Source: an uncultured Acidobacteriota bacterium (GTDB taxonomy: Bacteria; Acidobacteriota; UBA6911). From it: a DNA stretch of 64,000 nucleotides. This document shows, piece by piece, positions 32,659 through 43,568 of the stretch (the stretch's first letter is position 1; each line of letters opens with the position of its first letter). The position numbers were made by a program, and so were the translations under genes. The DNA lies in NCBI GenBank assembly GCA_963827655.1, contig CAWHCF010000029.1:173410-237409 (forward strand). Reading direction: 5' to 3'. The notes under the pieces are model-generated. The model was not told the DNA's origin, ran no database searches, and was given only the letters and a program-made list of their open reading frames with translations.

Positions 32659-33693
32659 ATGAAGCTTTCTGAGATTGCCAAAAAACTGGGGTGTGAGGTC
32701 AGGTCGGGGGGAGAGACCGAAATTCATCGAATGGCTGGAATCGACGAGGCCGGTCCCGGTTGCCTTACGTTCGTTTCAAATCGGAAATACGTCAGCCATA
32801 TCAAGACCACTCGCGCCTCCGCGATTATCCTCGGCTACGACGTGCCTGAGGTCCCCATTCCGAGTCTGCGCTCTGCCAACCCCTACCTTGCCTTCGCGCA
32901 GGCACTTGAACTTTTTGCAGAGCCGCTGCGCCCCGAGCCTGGAATTCACCCGATGGCGATTATCGCGCCCGATGCCTCGATAGGATTGAATCCGAGCATC
33001 GGAGCCTGTGTCGTCGTGGGAACAGGTTGCACGATCGGCTCCAATGCCGTTCTGTATCCTTTCGTGATGCTCTATCCCAAGGCCGCCCTCGGTGACGACG
33101 TGGTACTCCATTCTCATGTCGTGGTGCGCGAACACTGCCGGCTCGGTAGTCGCGTCATCGTTCAGAACGGCGTAGTAATCGGGAGCGATGGGTTCGGTTT
33201 CGCGCCCAAGGACGATGGAACGTACTACAAGATAAGGCAGACGGGCCGGGTCGTAATCGAAGACGACGTGGAAATCGGGGCGAATACAACTATTGACCGG
33301 GCGGCTGTGGGGGAAACGGTGATAGGCCGGGGTGCAAAGCTGGATAACCTGGTCCAGGTAGGACACGGTTCCAGCGTGGGCGATCACTCGGTTGTGGCTG
33401 CCCAGGCAGGGCTGGCCGGCTCCACCCAACTCGGGCGAGGCGTCAAGGTAGGGGGACAGGTCGGGTTCGCCGGGCATCAGGCGATCGGGGACGCGGCCGT
33501 AGTGACAGCTCAAAGCGGCGTTCACGGCGATCTCGAACCCGGCGCCGTGGTTTCCGGCTCACCCGCATTCGACACCGGAACCTGGCGCCGCGCCGTGATC
33601 GCGTTTGCGAAACTGCCCGAGATGTTGCGGCGCATCAGCTGTTTGGAAAAGGAGATGGAACGAATCAAAGCGGACCGGGAAAAGCCTTCCTAG
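32659..33693 (+). CDS. lpxD: UDP-3-O-acylglucosamine N-acyltransferase LpxD
   Basis: hexapeptide repeats, IGSDGFGF, GANTTIDR and KLDNLVQVGH. Confidence 0.95.
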   Translation: MKLSEIAKKLGCEVRSGGETEIHRMAGIDEAGPGCLTFVSNRKYVSHIKTTRASAIILGYDVPEVPIPSLRSANPYLAFAQALELFAEPLRPEPGIHPMAIIAPDASIGLNPSIGACVVVGTGCTIGSNAVLYPFVMLYPKAALGDDVVLHSHVVVREHCRLGSRVIVQNGVVIGSDGFGFAPKDDGTYYKIRQTGRVVIEDDVEIGANTTIDRAAVGETVIGRGAKLDNLVQVGHGSSVGDHSVVAAQAGLAGSTQLGRGVKVGGQVGFAGHQAIGDAAVVTAQSGVHGDLEPGAVVSGSPAFDTGTWRRAVIAFAKLPEMLRRISCLEKEMERIKADREKPS

Positions 33694-33725
33694 CGTTTCT
33701 TCGTGTCTTCGTGTCTTCGTGGTAT
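33694..33725. repeat. 9-nt-period repeat family, near-perfect arm
   Basis: tttcttcgtgtcttcgtgtcttcgtggtat. Confidence 0.85.
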
Positions 33726-33829
33726 TTGTTGTCGTTTTTATTCGCGTTGACTGATCGTCGATCTTGACACGAATGCCGCTTTCCAGTATTCGAGTAACGC
33801 CTTCAACTTCCTATTAAGGGGTACGCTGA

Positions 33830-36604
33830 ATGTCGAACAAATTTGTCTATCTCTTTGCCGATGGCCGAGCCGACGGGCGCGGCGACATGAAGGATCTCCT
33901 GGGAGGCAAAGGCGCTGGTCTGGCCGAAATGACCAATGCCGGCTTGCCCGTGCCTCCTGGCTTCACGATTACGACCGAGGCCTGTAACGCCTACTACGGG
34001 GCAGGGGAGAAGTTTCCCGAGGGGATGTGGGACCAGGTGCTGGAAGCGCTGCGCAAAATCGAGGAAGCGGCAGGAAAGAAATTCGGCGACTCGTCCAACC
34101 CGCTTCTGGTATCGGTGCGATCAGGCGCGAAATTCTCGATGCCGGGCATGATGGATACGGTGCTCAACCTTGGGCTCAACGATGAAACCGTGGAGGGACT
34201 GGCCCGCCTTACTTCGAACCAGCGGTTCGCTTACGACGCGTACCGGCGCCTGATCCAGATGTTTGGCAAGATTGTGCTCGGAGTCGATGGAGAATCGTTC
34301 GAGCATGCACTGGGCGAGGTCAAACGCCGGGCGCGGGCCCGCCTCGACACCGACCTCACTGCTGAGCATCTCGAACGCGTCTGCCAGGAATTCAGGAAAA
34401 TCATCAAGCGCGAAACCGGCTCCGATTTTCCGTCAGATCCGCAGCGTCAGCTCGAGGAAGCCGTGAAGGCTGTGTTCCGCTCGTGGAATGGTGACCGGGC
34501 CAAAGCCTATCGGCGCAGAGAGAAGATCCCCGATGACCTGGGAACGGCCGTTAATGTGGTTACTATGGTCTTCGGCAACATGGGGACCGATTCCGGAACC
34601 GGTGTCGCATTCACCCGCAATCCCGCCACCGGCGAGAAGCAACTCTTCGGCGACTACCTCGCGAATGCGCAAGGGGAGGACGTAGTCGCGGGCATCCGGA
34701 CACCCAAGCACATCGACGAGCTTAAGCAGGACATGCCGGAGATCTATTCTCAGTTTTCCCAACTCGCGGAAAAACTGGAGCGGCACTATCGCGATATGCA
34801 GGACCTGGAGTTCACCGTGGAGCGCGGGAAGCTGTGGATGCTTCAAACCAGGAACGGCAAGCGAACGGGCCCGGCCGCGGTCAAGATCGCGGTCGATATG
34901 GTGCGTGAAGGGCTGATTGACGAGCGCACGGCGTTGCTGCGGGTTCCGCCGGCTGACCTCGATCAGCTGCTCCACAAGATGGTGGACCCGAAGGCGAAGC
35001 TTAACATCTTGACCCGGGGTATTAACGCCAGTCCGGGTGCAGCCTCGGGCCGGGTTGTTTTCACGCCACAGGAAGCCGAGGCATGGGCGGCCAAGGGAGA
35101 GTCGGTGATCCTGGTGCGTCGTGAGACCTCGCCCGAAGACGTCCGGGGGATGGACGCGGCCAAGGGTATACTCACATCCACTGGAGGCCCGACGAGTCAT
35201 GCGGCTGTGGTGGCGCGAGGCTGGGGCAAGCCGTGCGTGGTGGGCGCGAGTGAGATTGACATCAACTATGCCAAGCAGGAATTCGATGTCAATGGGACCC
35301 GCATCGGTCGCGGCGATTGGCTCACTATTAACGGCACCACAGGCCAGGTGATTCTGGGAAGCGCGCCGCTGATCGATCCCGAGCTGGGCGCCGAATTCCA
35401 TCAGTTGATGCAGTGGGCGGATCAGCATCGCAGGTTGCGGGTCCGCACCAATGCCGACACCCCCGTGGATGCGAGCGTGGCGCGCGGCTTTGGCGCCGAA
35501 GGGATCGGTCTGTGCCGCACCGAGCACATGTTTTTCGAGGGGGATCGAATCGACTATGTGCGCCAGATGATTCTCGGGTCGCTCGACTACAAGAGGCTGG
35601 AGCGTGAACTCCGCGCAGTGGAATCTGATCTCGAGCGCGTCGCTTCGCCGAAGAAGCGCAAGGAACTGAGAGCCGTGCGCGCGAAACTGAAGAAGGAGAT
35701 CGCGGAACCGAAGCGCCTTTATCGGGGCGGACTCGAGCGCCTGCTCCGATTGCAGCGCAAGGATTTCGAAGGCATCTTCCAGGCGATGGACGGGCTTCCG
35801 GTCACGATCCGGACGCTCGACCCTCCCCTGCACGAATTCCTTCCCCACGACGAAGGGAGCACCCGAAAACTTGCGCGCAAGCTCAAGACCAGTTCGCAGC
35901 AGCTGTGGGCGCGGGTGCAATCGCTGCACGAGGCCAATCCGATGCTGGGACACCGCGGATGCCGCCTGGGCGTGGTGTTTCCCGAAATAACCGAAATGCA
36001 AGCCCGCGCGATCTTCGAAGCGGCGGCCAATGTTCAAAAGCGTGGAGTGAAAGTTCTTCCAGAGATAATGATTCCGCTGGTGAGCGACGTGACCGAGCTT
36101 AAACTTCAGTCGGAGGTCGTGCGGAGAGTGGCGCAGCAGGTCATGAAAGAGAAGCAGCAAAGCGTCGAGTACCTCGTGGGCACGATGATCGAGCTTCCTC
36201 GCGCAGCTCTCACGGCGGATAAGATAGCCGAGGCCGCCGAATTCTTTTCATACGGTACCAACGACTTGACTCAAACCACCTACGGCATATCGCGCGATGA
36301 CTCGGGCAAGTTTCTCCCGTTTTACGTGGAGAATCGCATTTTCAAGAACGACCCGTTTCAAGTTTTGGATCCGGAAGGAGTGGGCCAGCTGGTCAAGATC
36401 GGAACCGAAAAAGGCCGCGGCACCCGCCCGGATCTCAAGGTCGGTATCTGTGGCGAGCACGGCGGCGACCCTGCCTCCGTGATGTTCTGCCATCGCATCG
36501 GGTTGAGCTATGTGTCGTGCTCACCCTTCCGCGTCCCGATAGCGCGTCTGGCCGCGGCTCAGGCCGCGCTCGGATCGGAGCAAACCATCTCTCAGACGGC
36601 GTGA
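33830..36604 (+). CDS. ppdK: pyruvate, phosphate dikinase
   Basis: LLGGKGAGLAEM, SVRSGA..SMPGMMDT, TSHAAVVARG, GLCRTEHMF and GICGEHGG. Confidence 0.97.
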   Translation: MSNKFVYLFADGRADGRGDMKDLLGGKGAGLAEMTNAGLPVPPGFTITTEACNAYYGAGEKFPEGMWDQVLEALRKIEEAAGKKFGDSSNPLLVSVRSGAKFSMPGMMDTVLNLGLNDETVEGLARLTSNQRFAYDAYRRLIQMFGKIVLGVDGESFEHALGEVKRRARARLDTDLTAEHLERVCQEFRKIIKRETGSDFPSDPQRQLEEAVKAVFRSWNGDRAKAYRRREKIPDDLGTAVNVVTMVFGNMGTDSGTGVAFTRNPATGEKQLFGDYLANAQGEDVVAGIRTPKHIDELKQDMPEIYSQFSQLAEKLERHYRDMQDLEFTVERGKLWMLQTRNGKRTGPAAVKIAVDMVREGLIDERTALLRVPPADLDQLLHKMVDPKAKLNILTRGINASPGAASGRVVFTPQEAEAWAAKGESVILVRRETSPEDVRGMDAAKGILTSTGGPTSHAAVVARGWGKPCVVGASEIDINYAKQEFDVNGTRIGRGDWLTINGTTGQVILGSAPLIDPELGAEFHQLMQWADQHRRLRVRTNADTPVDASVARGFGAEGIGLCRTEHMFFEGDRIDYVRQMILGSLDYKRLERELRAVESDLERVASPKKRKELRAVRAKLKKEIAEPKRLYRGGLERLLRLQRKDFEGIFQAMDGLPVTIRTLDPPLHEFLPHDEGSTRKLARKLKTSSQQLWARVQSLHEANPMLGHRGCRLGVVFPEITEMQARAIFEAAANVQKRGVKVLPEIMIPLVSDVTELKLQSEVVRRVAQQVMKEKQQSVEYLVGTMIELPRAALTADKIAEAAEFFSYGTNDLTQTTYGISRDDSGKFLPFYVENRIFKNDPFQVLDPEGVGQLVKIGTEKGRGTRPDLKVGICGEHGGDPASVMFCHRIGLSYVSCSPFRVPIARLAAAQAALGSEQTISQTA

Positions 36605-36618
36605 TTCTGGCAATCAGA

Positions 36619-36652
36619 ATACCCCAGGCACGAGGACACGAAGAGACACCAG
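36619..36652. repeat. 9-nt-period repeat family, arm in reverse orientation
   Basis: accccaggcacgaggacacgaagagacacc. Confidence 0.65.
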
Positions 36653-36659
36653 GAGTCGA

Positions 36660-37976
36660 CTACTCGTAGTATTCCACCCCCAGGTGTGTGATCTGCTCCT
36701 CGCCCCGCAGGTAACGCAGCGTATTTTTCAGCTTCATCAACTGAATGAAAAGATCGTGTTCCGGATAAAGCTCGGGAGCGCACATAGGGCTCTTGAAGTA
36801 AAATGAGAGCCATTCCTGAATTCCGCTCATGCCGCATCTTTGTGCAAGGTCGAGGAAGAGGACCAGATCGAGGACCAGAGGGGCGGCCAGGATCGAATCG
36901 CGGCAAAGAAAATTAACTTTGATCTGCATCGGATAACCGAGCCAGCCGAAGATGTCGATGTTGTCCCAACCTTCCTTGTTGTCGCCGCGCGGGGGATAGT
37001 AGTTGATCTTGACCTGGTGATCGAAGTTGGAATAGAGCGCCGGATAGAGTTCCGGCTGCAGGATATGGTCCAGCGCTGAAAGTTTGCTCTCCTCCTTGGT
37101 CTTGAATGACTCCGGGTCATCCAGAACCTCCCCGTCTCTGTTTCCCAAGATATTGGTCGAGAACCACCCTTGCAGACCGAGGAGTCTCGACTTGAGGGCA
37201 GGCGCCAGAATGGTTTTCAGCAGGGTCTGCCCGGTTTTGAAATCCTTCCCGGTTATGGGAACTCCTCGTTCCGAGGCGAGTGCTATCAAGGCTGGAATGT
37301 CGGCACTCAGGTTAGGCGCGCCATTAGCATAAGGAACGCCCGCCCGAATCGCGGCATACGCATAAATCATGCTGGGCGCTATGGCGGGATCATTTTTCAG
37401 CAGACCCTTTTCGAAGCTGGCTAAAGTCTGGTGCACTGGCGCAGGGGTCATGAAGATTTCAGTGCTTCCGCACCAGACCATGACGATGCGGCTCAGATTG
37501 TTCGTCCGCTTGAACTCCGCAATATCCTCCTGGATTTGCTCGGCCAGTTCCATCTTGTTCCCGGCCTTTTTCACGTGAGTTCCATGCAGGCGCTTCACGT
37601 AGTGGTTGTCGAAAGCTGCAGGCCAGGGATGGATAGCCGATAGCGCAGGACGGACGGCCTCGAGGAGCGCGCTGTCGATGACTCCTGCCTTTATAGCCGC
37701 CTGATAAACATCGTCCGAAAAGATATCCCAACCTCCGAAGTGGAGATCCTCGAGCGAGGCAAGCGGAACGAATTCCTTGATGGCAGGGACACGGCGCTCG
37801 GTGCGTTTTCCCAGCCGGATGGTTCCCATCTGGGTCAGCGACCCGACCGGCTGGGCAATTCCCTTCTTGATCGCCTGGACTCCGGCGATGAACGTGGAAC
37901 TCACGGCTCCCATTCCAGGCAAGACTACGCCCAGTGGACCCGAGGGGGGGGTAATCTTCACGTCCTTTGGAATCAT
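36660..37976 (-). CDS. ino1: inositol-3-phosphate synthase
   Basis: GKDFKTGQT, NILGNRDG, GDNKEGWD and CRDSILAAP. Confidence 0.93.
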   Translation of the reverse strand: MIPKDVKITPPSGPLGVVLPGMGAVSSTFIAGVQAIKKGIAQPVGSLTQMGTIRLGKRTERRVPAIKEFVPLASLEDLHFGGWDIFSDDVYQAAIKAGVIDSALLEAVRPALSAIHPWPAAFDNHYVKRLHGTHVKKAGNKMELAEQIQEDIAEFKRTNNLSRIVMVWCGSTEIFMTPAPVHQTLASFEKGLLKNDPAIAPSMIYAYAAIRAGVPYANGAPNLSADIPALIALASERGVPITGKDFKTGQTLLKTILAPALKSRLLGLQGWFSTNILGNRDGEVLDDPESFKTKEESKLSALDHILQPELYPALYSNFDHQVKINYYPPRGDNKEGWDNIDIFGWLGYPMQIKVNFLCRDSILAAPLVLDLVLFLDLAQRCGMSGIQEWLSFYFKSPMCAPELYPEHDLFIQLMKLKNTLRYLRGEEQITHLGVEYYE

Positions 37977-38081
37977 TCGAATCTCCCTATGAAAAATTGG
38001 TGACAGGCTTACCCTTTTCCCAATTTCGCAAGCGGATTGTGTTGACGCTCTTCCTTAACGAAATTGGGAAAGGGTAGCCTG

Positions 38082-38828
38082 TCACCAATTAGATTGCCTC
38101 AGAAGCGGGTAAGACTTAAGCTTCTTCTCGATGTGCAATTCCAACAACCCTTGAGTCAGCCGCTCCAGGTCTCTACCCGACGGCGCTTCCCACGGCAGGG
38201 CGGCAAATTGTTCGGGGGAAAGTTTCGACATCCTATGCAAGAGCTGCGCCGCCGCCGATCGAATATGCAAGCCGCTCCCGCGAGCGCAGGGGGAACACCG
38301 CACCTGGCCGGCTTCAAGCAAGGCAAAAAACCCCTCGTCTCTGACACCCCGTCCGCAGCTCGAACAATATTCATAATCGGGGAGCAGGCCATTCAGTCTT
38401 AACGACCACAACTCGAAATAGCGAATCAAACCTTCCCCCGGCCCCACCTTGGACCCTGCTTCCAAGACCGACAGAAAGAGCCTGAAGAGCAACTGATTGG
38501 GATAGTTCTCCTGACTTAGTTCGTGGACTAACTCGGCCAGGTAGCTGAAGGCATATACTCGCTCGAGGGACGGACTTCTGCCCAGGTAGGAATGGATTGT
38601 CTCGCACTGCCGGACTCTGGCCAGGTCACCTCCCTCTTTCAGATAGAACCGCAGGTGAATGTGGTTCAAAGGCTCCAGGCACCCTCCCATGCGGCTCTTG
38701 AGACGTTTGGCTCCCTGAGCCACGGCCCGGATCTTGCCGTACTCGCGCGTGAAGAATACAACGATGCGATCGGCCTCCGACAGGGGATACTGGCGGAGGA
38801 CCACTGCCTCCGATTCATGGTTGAGCAT
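38082..38828 (-). CDS. recO: DNA repair protein RecO
   Basis: EAVVLR...EADRIV.FFT..GKI; Zn finger CSSC...CSPC. Confidence 0.9.
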   Translation of the reverse strand: MLNHESEAVVLRQYPLSEADRIVVFFTREYGKIRAVAQGAKRLKSRMGGCLEPLNHIHLRFYLKEGGDLARVRQCETIHSYLGRSPSLERVYAFSYLAELVHELSQENYPNQLLFRLFLSVLEAGSKVGPGEGLIRYFELWSLRLNGLLPDYEYCSSCGRGVRDEGFFALLEAGQVRCSPCARGSGLHIRSAAAQLLHRMSKLSPEQFAALPWEAPSGRDLERLTQGLLELHIEKKLKSYPLLRQSNW

Positions 38829-39435
38829 CGACGGGTGAAAATTCGAACTGAATTCTTTGACGGCTTTCGAGTCGAATACCCCGGGCGAAGAGTCTGGCTC
38901 CCCTGCTCCAACCATGCCCCGAGAACTGATCGACCTCCAGAAACACAAATCCCTGGTTAACTGCGGAAGCAGGGAGCAGTCCGCCTTTCAGGGTCACTCG
39001 CTCCAAATCTTCGCGTGTTTTGCGATCGGAATTCAGGCTGTAGAACCGAACGCCTCGACGCTCGTAGTAGCGCTCGAGAACTTGATCGACGCTCAGCCCG
39101 GAAAAAGTCTCACTCCCGCTCTGAAGTGTCCAGGTCAGATCGGAAAGGTCGATCGGTCCGGCTCGGGAGTTTTCGATTCTCACCCACATGGCGGCAATGC
39201 CAATTAACGGCAGTTCATCGTCGAACAGCTCCCAATAGCTTTCTCGACCCTCGATCGCGTGGGCTCCGAGCGTTACTCCCTCCCGGCTCGCCCTGAACGT
39301 CGGTCTGGAGCCTGCAGGCGCGTTCACCGGGATCTTGAGGCTGGCGCAAGAGGCAAGAAAGATGCAGAGAGGCCAGGCGGACAGCAGGAGGCTCCACCGC
39401 AGCAGTCCCCTATTTCCTGGGGCAGCCATGATCAA
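38815..39435 (-). CDS. hypothetical lipoprotein
   Basis: hydrophobic N-terminus with LASC lipobox; overlaps both neighbours as in an operon. Confidence 0.65.
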   Translation of the reverse strand: MIMAAPGNRGLLRWSLLLSAWPLCIFLASCASLKIPVNAPAGSRPTFRASREGVTLGAHAIEGRESYWELFDDELPLIGIAAMWVRIENSRAGPIDLSDLTWTLQSGSETFSGLSVDQVLERYYERRGVRFYSLNSDRKTREDLERVTLKGGLLPASAVNQGFVFLEVDQFSGHGWSRGARLFARGIRLESRQRIQFEFSPVDAQP

Positions 39436-40226
39436 TGGTGTTCCAGCGGATCGGTAAGGGGGATCTCCTGGCTCGGTCTCTTGTGGCGCACCAGGGAGAC
39501 CAGGCGCTGAACCATTCCAGAGAGTACATAGGCCACTGCAATTGCGAGCAGCGTCGATCTCGAGTAGTTATAGATCAGGGCGACGAGCAGCGCGATGACC
39601 AGGATGGTGAGATGCGACTTTCGTCCCAGGGTAAGGCCTTTGAGGCTGGAATAACGAACCGTGCTCACCATGAGGAAGGCCAGCATGAAAACCGTTCCCA
39701 TCAGAAGGCTGGCGCCGATCGGGTTTTTTACCGGCTCGACGAAAAAATGCACGATCGCCGCGATGGTGCCGCCGCCGGCCGGAGTCGGCAGCCCGACAAA
39801 ATGCTTCAAGTGACCTGCCTGGACATTGAATCGCGCCAGGCGCATGGCGCCGCATATCGTGAAGGTGAATGCGGCGATCCAGCCCAGGCGATGGTTCAAG
39901 GTGGAGAATCCCCACACCAGCGCCAGGATGGAAGGCGCAATCACAAACGAGATCACGTCAGCCAGCGAATCGAGTTGAAGCCCAAAGCCGGTTGCGGAGT
40001 TGGTGAGGCGCGCGATGCGGCCGTCCAACAGATCGAGGATCGTGGCAATGCCGATCGCTTGCGCGGCCTGGTCATAGTCGCCGCGCATGGTCGCTATGAT
40101 TGCGAAGTAACCACAGAAGATGTTTCCGACCGTGAACAGACTGGGAAGTATGAAGACGCTTCGGCCCAGACGGCGCCGGCGCGGCGCTGTAAGCTCTTCG
40201 TTCAAGTCGGGAAGGGTTTCATTCAT
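39432..40226 (-). CDS. pssA: CDP-diacylglycerol--serine O-phosphatidyltransferase
   Basis: DLLDGRIAR..G.QLDSLAD and RLARFN; adjacent to psd. Confidence 0.9.
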   Translation of the reverse strand: MNETLPDLNEELTAPRRRRLGRSVFILPSLFTVGNIFCGYFAIIATMRGDYDQAAQAIGIATILDLLDGRIARLTNSATGFGLQLDSLADVISFVIAPSILALVWGFSTLNHRLGWIAAFTFTICGAMRLARFNVQAGHLKHFVGLPTPAGGGTIAAIVHFFVEPVKNPIGASLLMGTVFMLAFLMVSTVRYSSLKGLTLGRKSHLTILVIALLVALIYNYSRSTLLAIAVAYVLSGMVQRLVSLVRHKRPSQEIPLTDPLEHH

Positions 40227-40840
40227 ACCCAGGATCCGAGGATGGAACTTCCTCCTTTGACAAGATCACCAACCTGGACCAGCACTTTGACCTGGGGAGG
40301 AACAACAATGTCTACCCTGGAACCGAAGCGAATGAGGCCGATCAGTTCGCCGCGCTTTAAGGGATTTCCAGGACTTTTCCAGCATACCACGCGACGCGCG
40401 ATGAACCCAGCGATCTGTTTGACAGTTACCTGGAAGGCATCACCCTGTATCCGCAATACGTTCTGCTCGTTTACGCGAGAAGCTTCTTCTTTCAGCGCTA
40501 CCTTGAAGCGTCCGCGCCTGTACTCGAGATCTTCGAGTTGCCCGTCAATAGGAGAGCGATTTACATGGACGTCGTAGATCCTCAGGAAAATACTGATGGC
40601 GTGCCCTTGAGGCCGTCCGTCCTCGTCCGAGAATGGAGAAATCTTAACCACCTTGCCGTCGGCAGGTGAGACTATGAGATTGTCTCCCGAGGGAATCTCG
40701 CGCTCCGGGTTTCGAAAGAAGTAACACACGAACCCTCCTAGAAGCACGAATACAAGGGCCAGTGTGGGAAGGTTCAAAAATGCGAGGATTGCGGCAATTC
40801 CAAGGATGGGAAACAGGAAACGATAGGCGTCGCTTAGCAT
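40223..40840 (-). CDS. psd: phosphatidylserine decarboxylase
   Basis: FFRNPER, SPADGKV, DVHVNRSP and the FGSRVD cleavage motif. Confidence 0.92.
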   Translation of the reverse strand: MLSDAYRFLFPILGIAAILAFLNLPTLALVFVLLGGFVCYFFRNPEREIPSGDNLIVSPADGKVVKISPFSDEDGRPQGHAISIFLRIYDVHVNRSPIDGQLEDLEYRRGRFKVALKEEASRVNEQNVLRIQGDAFQVTVKQIAGFIARRVVCWKSPGNPLKRGELIGLIRFGSRVDIVVPPQVKVLVQVGDLVKGGSSILGSWV

Positions 40841-40918
40841 GCAGGAATAGAATGCATCGGATTCTGATGCCTGTCTACAACCGACAGGCAGGATCTCCGG
40901 AAAACGACGTTCAGGGGA

Positions 40919-41164
40919 TCAGGCGCGCTCCATCAATTCGCGCTGGTATTTCTGGACAATGGAATACATCTGGTCCTTAAGCAGCAGCTTCTTCTTCTTC
41001 AGTCTGATTTCTTGAATTCTCTCCTCCTCGCTGAGGTGCGCGCGTCCATTCAACTGATCCAGTTGCTGTGAATAGGCCTGGTGTTCAGTTGCCAGCCGCC
41101 GGAACTCCTCGTTGTTTGCCATCAACTGCTCTCTCACCTCCGCTTCGCCAATAACAGTGCTCAT
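40919..41164 (-). CDS. DUF465/YdcH-like protein
   Basis: EFRRL..EH...LKKKKLLLKDQM. Confidence 0.8.
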   Translation of the reverse strand: MSTVIGEAEVREQLMANNEEFRRLATEHQAYSQQLDQLNGRAHLSEEERIQEIRLKKKKLLLKDQMYSIVQKYQRELMERA

Positions 41165-41312
41165 GGGCAAAGACTCCTTCCTGGTAGAGTTATTGAATAC
41201 CGAGCTTTTATATATGTCCACGGGGTACAAGAATCAGACGTTGCCGCGCAGGACCCACACTGACACGGCGCAGGCCGTGCTCATCCATCTTCTTCTTTTT
41301 TTTCATAGATTC

Positions 41313-42422
41313 TCATCCGGGTGAGATCTTCAGCTTTCTGCGTTCTTCAAATCGTTCGAGGCCGAACTTCACCAGGCGGCGAACCAGTTCCTCAAAAGGA
41401 ACAGCGTCGGCTGCCCACAGCTTCGCATACATGCTGATGGGAGTAAAGCCGGGCATGGTGTTGATCTCGTTGATCCAGATCTTCCTCGTGGCGCGCTCCA
41501 TGAAGAAATCGACTCGAGCGAGTCCGGAGCCCTCGATGCAGCGAAACGCCTTCGAGGCCAGAAGACGAATCTGTTCGGACTCTTCCTGAGTTATGCGAGC
41601 GGGTATCTCTAACCGGCTGGCAGGGTCATGATACTTGGCCTCGTAATCGTAAAACTCGCGCGATGGGATTACCTCGCCCACAAGCGACGCCTGAGGATCG
41701 TCATTGCCTAGAACAGCGCACTCGAGTTCCCGGCAGTCGATTCCCTTCTCGACCAGGACCTTTCGATCGAACTGCGCCGAGTAAGCGACAGACTTCAGGA
41801 GCTCTTTTTCGGAATGGATCTTACACACACCTACCGAGGAGCCAAGGTTTGCCGGCTTGGAGAACACCGGATACCCCAGGTGATCTCGGACGAGCTTCTT
41901 CAGGGGGCGAATGCTCTTGGGCAAGTCGCGCGCCTTCACCGCCAGATACGGAAGGACCGGCAGCCCTTCCTGAATGAACAGGCGCTTCATGACCTCCTTG
42001 TCCATCCCGACGGCCGATGCCAGGACACCGCAGCCTATATACGGCACGCCGGCCGTCTCCAGTAATCCCTGGATGGTGCCATCCTCGCCATAAGGGCCAT
42101 GAAGCAGGGGAAAGATAATGTCCGGGTGCGGATGTGAGGAGTTCGAGTTGCGCGCCAGAGCCGAGGTAAGCCGCATTCCTGAATCGGGCGCTACCAGCGA
42201 GGTATCGGTATCGACACGGCCGGACAGGTGGGCTGGAAGCATTCGCCGGACTTCCGATTTCGTCGCGATCCTTCCTTTTTTGGTGATGCCGATAGCCGTA
42301 ATCTCGAACTCGGCCGGATCGAGCGCCGCAATGACCGAAGCTGCGGAGGTTAAGGAGACTTCGTGTTCGCCCGATCTTCCACCGAACAGTATTCCAAGCC
42401 TAATCTTTTGCTTTCTTGCCAT
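41313..42422 (-). CDS. ddl: D-alanine--D-alanine ligase
   Basis: [25 protein letters not shown] and [10 protein letters not shown]. Confidence 0.96.
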   Translation of the reverse strand: MARKQKIRLGILFGGRSGEHEVSLTSAASVIAALDPAEFEITAIGITKKGRIATKSEVRRMLPAHLSGRVDTDTSLVAPDSGMRLTSALARNSNSSHPHPDIIFPLLHGPYGEDGTIQGLLETAGVPYIGCGVLASAVGMDKEVMKRLFIQEGLPVLPYLAVKARDLPKSIRPLKKLVRDHLGYPVFSKPANLGSSVGVCKIHSEKELLKSVAYSAQFDRKVLVEKGIDCRELECAVLGNDDPQASLVGEVIPSREFYDYEAKYHDPASRLEIPARITQEESEQIRLLASKAFRCIEGSGLARVDFFMERATRKIWINEINTMPGFTPISMYAKLWAADAVPFEELVRRLVKFGLERFEERRKLKISPG

Positions 42423-43385
42423 TCCCGTCGCCTTCGGGGCGAAGCTCGCTCTCGTGGTGCTGATATGCTTTGATGATCAGACGCACGAGGTGGTGTCGTA
42501 CTACGTCGTGTTCGTTGAAGTGGCAAAAGGCAAGACCGGAGACGGATCCCAGTATGTTGCGAGCCTCGACCAGGCCTGAACCCGGCCGAGAGGCAGATCA
42601 ATTTGCGTGACATCGCCTGTGATCACAGCCTTCGAGTGAAGACCGATGCGCGTCAGGAACATTTTCATCTGTTCTGACGTCGTGTTCTGGGCCTCGTCCA
42701 GAATGATAAACGCGTCATTCAGGGTTCGTCCGCGCATGAAGGCCAGCGGCGCGATCTCGATGATCCCGTTCTCGATGAAGCGTTTGATCTTTTCTCCTTC
42801 CATCAGGATGTACAATGCATCGTAAAGCGGGCGCAGATACGGATTGATTTTTTCCTCGATGTCTCCCGGTAGAAAGCCCAGGCGTTCCCCGGCTTCCACC
42901 GCGGGTCGGGTGAGAATGATTCGGGACACGCTCTTTTCCAGGAGATACGTCAGCGCCATCGCCATTGCCAGGAAGGTCTTCCCTGTCCCGCCGGGCCCGA
43001 TGCCAAACACGATGTCATTCTTGCGGATGGCCTCGATGTACCGGCGCTGGTTCAGGCTCTTGGGAGTGACTTGCCTCTTGCCGTTGGTCAGGAGCTGCAT
43101 CTTGGGAAAGAAATCGTGCAGCGAGAGGGCGGCGTCTTCGGCAATCTGTTTGAAGGCGGATTTTAGATCGCCGTTCGTGATCGAGTGTCCCTTATCGACC
43201 AGTGTGGAAAAGTCGATCAGAATTCTCTCGAGCGCTGCGACGTTCGCTTCCTCACCGTCGATAATGAGAGAAGAGTCGCGGGTTTGTATCGTGACGTTAA
43301 AGAGGTTTTCAAGGAATCGAATGTTTTCGTCTAGGGGACCAAAGAGCAATTGCAGGCTGCGATCAGAAAGGAGAACTTTTCTCAT
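42400..43385 (-). CDS. PhoH family ATPase (apparent -1 frameshift near 42579)
   Basis: [23 protein letters not shown] and LDEAQN; the shifted frame gives SGLVEA...[12 protein letters not shown]. Confidence 0.92.
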
Positions 43386-43539
43386 TTAAGGCTGGGTTGT
43401 AACCTCCTCGTCAAGAAAGAATGTGTTGTGATCCTGGATTTTTGACGCTTGCCGGCAGGTAAAGCTTCAACGAGTCGTCTCCATCTAGAATTGGAATTTT
43501 AAGTTTCGGCCAGGGGCAAGTCAATGTCAAAAATTCAGT

Positions 43540-43568
43540 TTGACTTTTTGGGTAAACGTTTGTATCCT
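43540..43568 (+). promoter_or_regulatory. sigma70-like promoter for rpsT
   Basis: TTGACT-17 nt-TATCCT. Confidence 0.6.
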
